A stretch of 36,695 nt of DNA, taken from positions 810,493 through 847,187 of the forward strand of contig NIVC01000142.1 in NCBI GenBank assembly GCA_002269645.1, given 5' to 3'. Below are positions 24,698-35,039 of the stretch, piece after piece. This DNA comes from Macrostomum lignano. Lineage: Eukaryota. Both the position numbers and the translations under genes were made by a program. The notes beneath the pieces were generated by a model. That model saw only the letters and a program-made list of their open reading frames with translations. It searched no databases and was not told the DNA's origin. Numbering within the stretch: position 1 is the first letter of the stretch; every line of letters starts with the position of its first letter.

Positions 24698-24725
24698 CAT
24701 CAGACTGCATCTCAGCGGCGGTGAA

Positions 24726-27700
24726 ATGCCAGGCCCAGGGGCCAACGCAGGCCTCACAGAGCAGCCGGGCAAGCAGCCCCGCCAGCACCGCTGCAGTCTC
24801 TGCCAGTCACTGCCCAACTTCCAAGCGCCGAGCGGTTCGCGCATCACCTGCGCTCAGCCCACCTGACCATTGAGGGCGGCTCCTACCTGTGTCGCTACGG
24901 CCCGAACTCCGTCTGCCGCTACCAGCCAATGGAGGGCGTCAGCGAGCGGGACTACGAGCTGCACGTGTTGCGGCACCACGCCACAGGCGGCGCTACCACT
25001 AGCGGCGGCGGTGTGCCGGACTGCGTGCACACTTATCGCGAGGTGCGCGACGGCGTCACGCCCGGCGAGCGGTGGACCCCGCTGCACTCGGTGGTGAACC
25101 TGCCAGCCGTGCTGAACGATCCGCGCCGCCATCGCCAGGCCTCGGACGTGTTCAGCCGCACCTGGGGCGACGCGTTTGAACGGGCGGAGGCGCCGCCGTC
25201 GTCGCTGCTGCCAGTCATTGGACGCCGGGATTTCGAGCGCTACCTGGCCAAGGTGGCCGGGCCAGCCAAAGTCCGAACTCGGCCGGACGAGACTCCGACT
25301 GCCGCATCGGCTGCGCCGTCGACTCCCTCTATGACAGCCAGGCTGGCGCAGGTCGAGAGCCTGTTCTTCCAGCCCGAGTTCGACATTCGGCAGAAGGAGG
25401 TCTTCTCGCAGGTCTGGGTCTCGGGTCTGCTGGACTTACTTTACTAGCGATTCTGCGTGTCCTGTGGCGCTCCTGTTTCTCTCGCCTATCCACTTTTAAC
25501 GATCCCTATCCTCTCTTACAATTCCTGTTCCCTTTCCAATAATCCCTGTTCCCATCCCATGATCCTTGTTCCAATCCCATGATCCCTGTTCCTTTTCCCA
25601 TGATCCTGTTCCCATCCCCATGATTCCTGTTCCCATCCCCATGATCCCTGTTCCCATCCCCATGATCCCTGTTCCCATCCCCATATCCCTGTTCCCATCC
25701 CCATATCCCTGTTCCCATCCCCATGATCCCTGTTCCCATCCCCATATCCCTGTTCCCATCCCCATGATCCCTGTTCCCATCCCATGATCCCTGTTCCCAT
25801 CCCATGATCCCTGTTCCCATCCCCATGATCCCTGTTCCCATCCCCATGATCCCTGTTCCCATCCCCATATCCCTGTTCCCATCCCCATGATCCCTGTTCC
25901 CATCCCCATGATCCCTGTTCCCATCCCCATATCCCTGTTCCCATCCCATATCCCTGTTCCCTTCCCCACAAACACCCCCGTCCCATTTACTGCATTGATA
26001 AAGCAGTACTTGATGCTGTTATTCTCAGGTGCTGCCTTGGCAGGCACTGCAATCAGGAAGTAGCGGTGGCTGGCGGCAGCTGCAAGAGCACCTGACCCAG
26101 CAGTTGGACGTCGTAGAAGAAGCCATAGCTGGTCAGGTGTCGCGCAAGTCGCACGCCCTGTTCCAGACGGCCGCCAGCCAAGACGACATTCGAACCCGAC
26201 TGGACGGCGCTGTGCAGTCGGTGCGGCAGTTTCGCCAACGCTTGGCTGGAGCAAGACAGGTGCGTGAAATTGTTTCCTTCAAAACAAAAAGAATCACAGT
26301 TTTCTTTACTAGCCTACTTGCAGTAGCTTGATTAGATTTATTTTCAATGCACAAACAGGCCAGCTCATCAAGCCAACTATTGGTGCTGCGCTGTTGGCGT
26401 CGCCGGCGCAATTGCGTTGCCGCTCTGGAACGGCTTGAACTGCTGCTTAGCGTGCGGGCTACTCAGCCTACCATACAGCAGCTGCTGGCGGCCACTGACT
26501 ACTGCGGCGCCCTGGACCTCATGAACAGCGCCCAGGAGGCGCTTGGCCAACAATTGCGCGGCCTTCACTGCTGCCGGCATTTGCACTCGCAGCTGGTTGA
26601 GCTGCGCAAATTTGTTGGCCAAATGGTCGAGTCCGAGCTGGTCTCCGCTCTGGCTAAACAGTTAAAAACTGGCCAGGGCGCCGAGGCGCTCGGGCCCTGC
26701 GCGCTTGGCATGCTGCGCTACGGGCGCAGTCTGCACGATTGCGCCGCTGTGCTCAAGCGGGAGGCTTTTGAGCACCTGCGCCTACTGGTGCGCGGCTGTG
26801 TGCAGTCGGCTGTGCAGCAGCAGCCGGCTGGCAGCGGCTCCAGTAGCAGCGGAGGCGAGGAGCTCACACTGATGGATCAGATGCGGCAGCTGGACTTTGA
26901 CCCCTGGCTAAGCATGCTAGAGTCCGTGTGCACCAGCTTGCACTCTGCGCTGGTTCACTTTGCCCAGGCTGTGACAGCTGTGCGCACTATACTCGGACCG
27001 CTGTGCTCCATGCTCGAGGCTGAGCAGATGCTTGTGGATGTGAGGCAGAATGCACAGGTTAGTTAGTGCGCAAGTACAGCGAAATAAAATCTTGAGTAGG
27101 AGAGCGGGATAACTTCGTTTCTTAGAAAATATCTGAAGTAGAGGTCAAACGATGCACGAGATTTGTCTAGATCTTGTGCAGATCTCCACTCGAACTGGAT
27201 ATTTGTCTAGATCTTGTCGAGCTCTCCACTCGAACTGGATATTTGTCTAGATCTTGTGCAGATCTCCACTCCAACTGGATATTTGTCTAGATCTTGTCGA
27301 GCTCTCCACTCGAACTGGATATTTGTCTAGATCTTGTCGAGCTCTCCACTCGAACTGGATATTTGTCTAGATCTTGTCGAGATCTCCACTCGAACTGGAT
27401 ATTTGTCTAGATCTTGTGCAGATCTCCACTCCAACTGGATATTTGTCTAGATCTTGTCGAGCTCTCCACTCGAACTGGATATTTGTCTAGATCTTGTCGA
27501 GCTCTCCACTCGAACTGGATATTTGTCTAGATCTTGTCGAGATCTCCACTCGAACTGGATATTTGTCTAGATCTTGTCGAGCTCTCCACTCGAACTGGAT
27601 ATTTGTCTAGATCTTGTCGAGATCTCCACTCGAACTGGATATTTGTCTAGATCTTGTCGAGATCTCCACTCGAACTGGATATTTGTCTAGATCTTGTCGA

Positions 27701-30700
27701 GCTCTCCACTCGAACTGGATATTTGTCTAGATCTTGTCGAGATCTCCACTCGAACTGGATATTTGTCTAGATCTTGTGCAGATCTGCACTCGAACTGGAT
27801 ATTTGTCTAGATCTTGTCGAGCTCTCCACTCGAACTGGATATTTGTCTAGATCTTGTCGAGCTCTCCACTCGAACTGGATATTTGTCTAGATCTTGTCGA
27901 GCTCTCCACTCGAACTGGATATTTGTCTAGATCTTGTCGAGATCTCCACTCGAACTGGATATTTGTCTAGATCTTGTCGAGCTCTCCACTCGAACTGGAT
28001 ATTTGTCTAGATCTTGTCGAGATCTCCACTCGAACTGGATATTTGTCTAGATCTTGTGCAGATCTGCACTCGAACTGGATATTTGTCTAGATCTTGTCGA
28101 GCTCTCCACTCGAACTGGATATTTGTCTAGATCTTGTCGAGCTCTCCACTCGAACTGGATATTTGTCTAGATCTTGTCGAGCTCTCCACTCGAACTGGAT
28201 ATTTGTCTAGATCTTGTGCAATCTCCACTCGAACTGGATATTTGTCTAGATCTTGTCGAGCTCTCCACTCGAACTGGATATTTGTCTAGATCTTGTCGAG
28301 ATCTCCACTCGAACTGGATATTTGTCTAGATCTTGTCGAGATCTCCACTCGAACTGGATATTTGTCTAGATCTTGTCGAGCTCTCCACTCGAACTGGATA
28401 TTTGTCTAGATCTTGTCGAGATCTCCACTCGAACTGGATATTTGTCTAGATCTTGTCGAGATCTCCACTCGAACTGGATATTTGTCTAGATCTTGTCGAG
28501 CTCTCCACTCGAACTGGATATTTGTCTAGATCTTGTATAGATCTCCATGCCTCAAACTGATTTTTTTAAGAAACGAACATTCTGGTGTGGGGTGTCCACA
28601 CCTGGGGTCGACAGACTTTTTTACCTCAAAGGCCGTATAAAGAATTTAGATCATTGCTGCGGGCCAGATGAGAGAGTAAGAGAAAATAGAGGAGACAGAA
28701 CAGGAAAGAGATAAGAAAAGAGAGGAGAGAGATTATAAGAAGAGAGAAAAGAGAGAACTGAGAAGCACAGATACTAGAATAACTAGATGCCACTCAGGCA
28801 TATACTTAGTAAAACAGCTTTCTGCTCTCAGTTCAGTAGCAAAGAAGAATACATAAGCTATTTATAAAATAAAGGCAGCTGAAATGACTGATAAGTTTAG
28901 AAGCCGAAGCTTGCAGGCGTAAACAGCTTGCTAATTGGTTCAGCAATAATGTACATTAGCCAGTCCACTGAAATGTACATGGCAGCTTTAGGCTGGTTTA
29001 AGCGAGGGGGGGGGGTAAGAGCCAATAAATGAGCCTTGGTTTTAAAAATACATTTAAATGCTTCAGTTTAACTTACTACTGAGCTGAAAGTAGCTTACAC
29101 GCAAATGTGCTGAGTGGCCCATCTAGTTATTCTAGCGGGCCGGATTGCTGTTATAAAGTTGTAATGGACCGAGGGCCGGGTGGGATAGAGAGGCTTTGCA
29201 GACCGGAGTTTGCTGACCCCTGCTACACCGAGTACTTACTACTGTAAGTAGTTCTGACTCCTGGTTGGCTGCGGTTTATTGTGGGTGAGCCTGATGCCTA
29301 AATCACCCGACGCCTCAATCTGCCAGGAGAAAGCGGTGAAACTTCTGGCCGCCCGTTCCAAAGACGCCTTCCTTGAGCGCCTGAGCCCGGCCGAGTTTGT
29401 CCGCCTGTCCGCGCTTGTTGGCGCCTTCGCCGACCAACTTGACGGCATCAGCCTGCGCTCTGTTGTTGACAACGACGCTAGCAACGGCGGCAAAATCGAG
29501 AACGGCAGCGTTGTCGATGAACCGACTACCAACGGCGGAGAGGCCAAGCCAGCTACGGCGGCCGCGGCTGCGGCGGCTGCAGCCACGAAAACGGCTGGAC
29601 AGTCAGGCAGCGCTTTGCTGCGCAGCGCATTGCACAATCAGGTTAGTCGCTTAAGTTCCATGACTAAACAATTGGGGAGGCAAAGAGCCTCGGGTATCTT
29701 GAAAGTCAATCTTGAAGTCCACAAGGATCGGGAAAGTTCAGGAAGTCGAGGAGTTGGCGATAGAGCAGTTCAGGGATCAGTGAGTTCAGGGGATCAGTGA
29801 GTTCAGGGGATCAGTGAGTTCAGGGGATCAGTGAGTTCAGGGGATCAGTGGGTTCAGGGGATCAGTGAGTTCAGGGGATCAGTGAGTTCAGGGGATCAGT
29901 GAGTTCAGGGGATCAGTGAGTTCAGGGGATCAGTGAGTTCAGGGGATCAGTGAGTTCAGGGATCAGTGAGTTCAGGGGATCAGTGAGTTCAGGGGATCAG
30001 TGAGTTCAGGGGATCAGTGAGTTCAGGGGATCAGTGAGTTCAGGGGATCAGTGAGTTCAGGGGATCAGTGAGTTCAGGGGATCTGTGAGTTCAGGGGATC
30101 AGTGAGTTCAGGGGATCAGTGAGTTCAGGGGATCTGTGAGTTCAGGGATCAGTGAGTTCAGGGCATTGAAAAGTTCTGTGCCTCCCCGCAGGCTCTCCGC
30201 CTCGTCGGCAGGTTCCACGCGGAGCGCAAGACCAGCCTCAGCCTGCTGCTAGACAACGAGCGCTGGAAGCCGGCAGACGTGCCAGCAGAATTCCAGCTGC
30301 TCGCGAGCGCCATCGGCGAGGGCCGCCTCGACGCCCTGGCATCGTCGTCTGGGTCAGCGACCTACGCATCGGCGCAGTCGCCATCGGCGGCCAGCAGCAT
30401 TGAACTGTGCGGCGAGCACTTCCGCGTGTCCAGCGCCACCCTCATGCTAGTGAGATTCTCTATTGAATACTGTCGGCTAGCCACTGACCTGCGGCATTGT
30501 GCCGCCAGGGAAGTGTTCGGCCACCTTGTTGAGCTGTTGAAGCACTTCAATTCGCGCTGCTGCCAGCTCGTACTCGGCGCCGGGCCATCCAGCTGGTCGG
30601 ACTGAAGACCATCACTACTAAGAATTTGTGCCTGGCTCAGCGCAGCCTGCAGCTGGTCCTGGCCATCCTGCCGCACGTCACAAATCACTTTGTCAGTAGG

Positions 30701-31578
30701 CTGGGCCTGCCAGCCGTCTGCCAGCGGGCGCTGCTGGACACGGCCAAGGACTACGGCGACCATTCGGCCGAGATCAGTCGCAAACTGGTTGAACTGATGG
30801 ACAGCAAGGCCAAACAGCAGCTGGCTGTCTGGCAGTTCAGGCCGCCGTCGCCGTCTGTTCACATCCGGTCTGTGGTGCAGGCGCACTGCAAGCTGCACGA
30901 GAACATGGCCGAGCTCTTGCCCAGACAGCAGGTGACTATGTATTGAGTATGCACTTTCATACGGACTCAATAGTCCACACTTGCTGCTCTGTCCTGCTCT
31001 TTGATTGGCTCGCCTCCTACATCCCTAGTGCTCTCTCTCTCACCATTTAGGTTCACATCTTATTTGCGATACATTAAATTTAGACTACTGAGAAAAGTAG
31101 ACGAATAAAAATTTGAATCTTAAAATCTATCAAATAGCCTGAAAAATGTCGCCATAAAGCATATGACAGCATATAAGAGAAATGTCTGTGCACATGAGGG
31201 CCAACCCCTTTGGCACAGAGAGTGTACATGTCTGATAATTATACAGTCAGGGCCGCTGTACACCCTGTGTGAGCGTGTGTGCGTATCCAGAGGGTAAGGC
31301 ATTGAGTGGGCATGACTGCATGTGCCCTGATTATTTTAAGACTTCAAACTCTCACCCACTCCGCTGACTGACCAATCCAGGTAACGGAGATATTCCTGCG
31401 GCTGCACAACTCATTTAAAGAAGATTTCCGGCGTAAACTACGCGAATGCGGCGTCACCAATGACAGATCGCCGCAGCATCTGCACGCCAGCACCGATATG
31501 GCATTCTATTTAGACAGCCTGCGGGCTCTGCGCGGACTCGAGAATTTCAACGACGACTTTTCCGACCTTTGGAAATAA
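24726..31578 (+). CDS. VPS54: Vacuolar protein sorting 54 (GARP complex subunit), 6 exons, ~956 aa after correcting two 1-nt deletions
   Basis: Exons 24726-25411, 26029-26259, 26359-27057, 29327-29641, 30192-30931, 31381-31578; all GT-AG, phase 0. VPS54-like segments: HSVVNLPAVLNDP, LQEHLTQQLDVVEEAIAGQVSRKS, QPTIQQLLAATDYCGALDL, EKAVKLLAARSKDAFLERL, RFHAERKTSLSLLLDNERWKPADVPAEFQ, FNSRCCQLVLGAG[A]IQLVGLKTITTKNL, DMAFYLDSLRALRGL. Frameshifts at ~24828-24831 and 30582-30584. Confidence 0.95.
25520..25965. repeat. 21-bp C-rich minisatellite (GATCCCTGTTCCCATCCCCAT), VPS54 intron 1
   Basis: Directly visible; produces the spurious MGMGTGI ORFs. Confidence 0.96.
27161..28547. repeat. 40-bp minisatellite (ATTTGTCTAGATCTTGTCGAG[C/A]TCTCCACTCGAACTGGAT), 35 units, VPS54 intron 3
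   Basis: Directly visible; units counted by eye. Confidence 0.98.
29768..30162. repeat. 17-bp minisatellite (GGATCAGTGAGTTCAGG), ~23 copies, VPS54 intron 4
   Basis: Directly visible. Confidence 0.97.
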
Positions 31579-31609
31579 GAGAGGCAATAGGGCTAGCTTC
31601 CTCTAATCA

Positions 31610-32045
31610 AGGGCTGGGTTGGAGGGGGTTGGTTATCAGCCAATCAGAAGGCTAGACTGGATGTTAGGTTGGGTGTCAGCCAATCAGAATTCTGGGCTAG
31701 ATATGGAGTTGCCTATCAGCCAATCGGGAGGCTTGGCTAGATATGGGGTTGGCTATTAGCGAATCGGAAGGCTTGGCTAGATATGGGGTTTGCTATCAGC
31801 GAATCAGGAGGCTTGGCTAGATATGGGGTTGGCTATCAGCCAATCAGAATTCTGGGCTAGATATGGAGTTGACTATCAGCCAATCGGGAGGCTTGGCTAG
31901 ATATGGGGTTGGCTATTAACCAATCAGGAGGCTTGGCTAGATATGGGGTTGGCTATCAGCCAATCAGAATTCTGGGCTAGATATGGGGTTGGCTATCAGC
32001 GAATCAGGAAGCTGGACTGAATGTGGGGGTTGGTGTTTGCCAATC
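31610..32045. repeat. ~40-bp minisatellite (GGCTTGGCTAGATATGGGGTTGGCTATCAGCCAATCAGGA) just 3' of the VPS54 stop
   Basis: Directly visible, moderately diverged copies. Confidence 0.92.
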
Positions 32046-32642
32046 AGAAAAGGTTGACTATGAGCCCATCATGAAAGAAACCGATAGGTATAGTGGCCCA
32101 GCAGCTAATCAAGTAACTGTGGTATAACGTAATCGGATTTTAAGCTATGAATCAATAATACTCGTAGCTTGTCACCGTTTTTTTTGAAAGTCAAAAAAGA
32201 TTCCTGACTTTAACCCTGCATAGTAGCGAGTACTTTTCAATTGTATTACTTTGATTCTCAGATCGGATGCAATTCCAGTTTTTAGTGGATCAATTTTGCT
32301 GTATGTACTTTTACCCGAATGGATAATACAAGGTTGTTGTTGGTTTTGTTTCTTTTTGTCACTCGACTTGTCTTACACTTTCGAATATTAATTGTGCTGG
32401 CTCTGTGGCCAACCTAGATTGACTGTCCTCTGTTACCTATAGATTTCTAGTTGCTATTTCTAAATCTGCTGCTGCATTGCTTGCTTGTTATGGTGACTGT
32501 GCAAAAATAGTAGATCAATAGATTTCGCTTCACATTATTGATGCTCATTGCGTTCCAGCTTGTAGTAAGTTGTAGTATTGCTTCTTTTTTATGCAGTCAA
32601 TTGAAAATTGGTCAGTTGCGAAGTCGAATTTAAATTCTAAGA

Positions 32643-33312
32643 AATGTGACATTGGGGATTGTGAAGTCTAGGTGGAAGTGTGACATTGGGGAGTGTGAAG
32701 TCTAGGTGGAAGTGTGACATTGGGGAGTGTGAAGTCTAGGTGGAAGTGTGACATTGGGGAGTGTGAAGTCTAGGTGAAAGTGTGACATTAAAAATGTGAA
32801 GTCTAGATGAAATTGTGACATTAAAAATGTGAAGTCTAGATGAAATTGTGACATTAAAAATGTGAAGTCTAGATGAAATTGTGACATTAAATAATGTGAA
32901 GTCTAGGTGGAAGTGTGACATTAAATAATGTGAAGTCTAGGTGGAAGTGTGACATTAAATAATGTGAAGTCTAGGTGGAAGTGTGACATTAAATAATGTG
33001 AAGTCTAGATGAAATTGTGACATTAAAAATGTGAAGTCTAGATGAAATTGTGACATTAAAAATGTGAAGTCTAGATGAAATTGTGACATTAAAAATGTGA
33101 AGTCTAGATGAAATTGTGACATTAAAAATGTGAAGTCTAGATGAAATTGTGACATTAAAAATGTGAAGTCTAGATGAAATTGTGACATTAAATAATGTGA
33201 AGTCTAGGTGGAAGTGTGACATTAAATAATGTGAAGTCTAGGTGGAAGTGTGAAGTCTAGGTAGAAGTGTGACATTGGGGATGGTGAACTCTAGGTGGAA
33301 GTGTGACATTAA
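32643..33312. repeat. 33/34-bp minisatellite (TGTGACATTAAAAATGTGAAGTCTAGATGAAAT and GGGGA/GGTGGAAG variants)
   Basis: Directly visible; produces the spurious MSQFHLDFTFL ORFs. Confidence 0.96.
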
Positions 33313-33518
33313 AGAATGTAAATTCCTGCTTGATTTTGCAGGCAAGACTGCTTAAGAAATGGCCCATTCTCTGCCCGATATCGGGCTGGGCCATAGACGA
33401 AGCCGAAACGATTGTATTGTATTGCAACATTACAAAGAGGACAACAGTAACGATTTAATATAGTCTTGTGGTGCAACCCACGCCGTCTTTACAGTACATG
33501 GCGTTCAGATGTACTCAC

Positions 33519-33893
33519 TTATAGGAAAAATAGAACACGGGATTCAGGAAGATTCTCGGTGCGCAAAAACTTCTTGAATTTCTCCACACACTGTCTTGTT
33601 TTTGCTTCGGTAGAGACGACGCGTGAGGCATTCTCCACATCCAAATTAGCGCTCACTTCATCACTTGTTAGCTCCCGGAGTTGATTGTCGTTGCTCGCTT
33701 CAGCAGAAAGATCGTTTACTAGATCATCCAACAGGCCGTTGTCGAGCGCCTTGCTGACTCCAATTCCAGGCACAGGCAAGCCAGTGTACTGATTGAACAT
33801 TCGCCCACGGCCACGGAGTTGGCATACAAAGTCGATTTCTTCACGCTGCAACCCAGAAATCTCGCCTCCTTCTATACAGGAGTAGTCTATCAT
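33519..33893 (-). pseudogene. 124-aa ORF, possibly the N-terminal part of a Crypton/DUF3504-type tyrosine-recombinase protein
   Basis: Non-repetitive ORF; acidic linker followed by STEAKTRQCVEKFKKFLRTENLP, resembling from memory the T..KT..AV..F..FL helix at the start of Crypton-derived (KCTD1/ZMYM/QRICH1-type) recombinase regions. No catalytic R-H-R-Y residues seen. Flanked by a GCCATAGAC direct repeat (33390-33398, 34026-34034). Confidence 0.35.
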
Positions 33894-35039
33894 GTGCTCA
33901 GAACGCTCGGGTCAGGAGTTAATGAAATTCAGTTTTAATAAAAAGTTAGACTAATTACGAGCTTATTACTTTGTCAGTCGCTCTTTTAGGCTCAGAGCTA
34001 AAATGAAATACAGTTTGCATTTTGTGCCATAGACAAATTCCATTTTCTTGCGGGCCGAGAATCAGGACTTGCACTGAACTTAGACTGAAGCAAATGTCGC
34101 GCACAGGATTCTGCTCCCTCACTCCGATTTGTTGCTGCTAGAGCACAGACGCCATTCCAATTGCTTTGGCTCTCTGCCGCTTTCCATCTAGGTATTCCTA
34201 ATTGAATTGTGCTCTCCTCTTTGTCAGTTATCTGGACTGGCTGCTGTATAAAACTAAACCAATGCTCCTGCCCCATTTCCTATGTTGCCGGATATTTGCT
34301 GTTTGTTTTGAGATTTATGCATTCATTCAGTTATAGCTCGTAATGCTTATTGTAATGCCGAAAAACATATATATATATTAGGTCTGATAATTATATGATG
34401 TTAATGATTCACTAATTTATTCTTTCACTTGTCAGTACATGAAACATTTCCGAGTAATTTTGTCGTTTGTATGGCTTCTGTTTTTTGTTCCTGATCAAGG
34501 CCTGCATTGTAAGCTGGGCTGACATCCGTGTGGATTTAGTGTCTTAACCATGGAGGAAAGAATAAAATATAACTGGCTCAGATTAGCACTCCATTCTATT
34601 CTTTCCTCCATGGTCTTAAAACCTTAGTAGAGTATAGTGGTGTTGCGCAACACTTCAGGCGCAGCTTTGTTAAGACACTCTTTGTTGTTGCTTTTGATAG
34701 AAGGGAGAATGTTTATCTTTCTCCAAGAAACGTAGTTTCCCGTCCTTCTACTCTTAGAGAATATCTAGCTAAATGTTTGTCACTGTGACAACTACACACT
34801 ATACTACCTACAGTAAAGTGGATTGGCTTTATTTATCCATTAATAAAAGGGCGAGAGTTGTAGCAGTGCGAAATTTAGTCTATGGTGCAACCAGAGTCTT
34901 CGAATCCCGCTGCCAGCTTTGTGCATGAACCTGTTCCAAATGCAAGCTTAGCAGAAATTCTAGCTACTAAGAGTTGATCGGTCAAACTTATTGCAACCAC
35001 TGAGCCAGTTGGTTATCGCACTGACTTGCCCGTGCCAGC

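Noticed and set aside
25496-26254. MGMGTGI / HGDGNRD ORFs
   Set aside because: Antisense of the VPS54 intron 1 array and exon 2.
27161-28547. Regular, partly palindromic 40-bp repeats suggesting a CRISPR array or cloning-site artefact
   Set aside because: No unique spacers and no cas genes, in a eukaryotic intron; the variants show a natural duplication history.
29279-29326. ORF-track extension MWVSLMPKSPDASICQ as part of VPS54
   Set aside because: A phase-0 acceptor at 29325-29326 with an upstream CCTAA branch-like motif gives a clean join (..QNAQ|EKAVKLL..), so this stretch is intronic.
32702-33222. MSQFHLDFTFL ORFs
   Set aside because: Translation of the 33-bp array.
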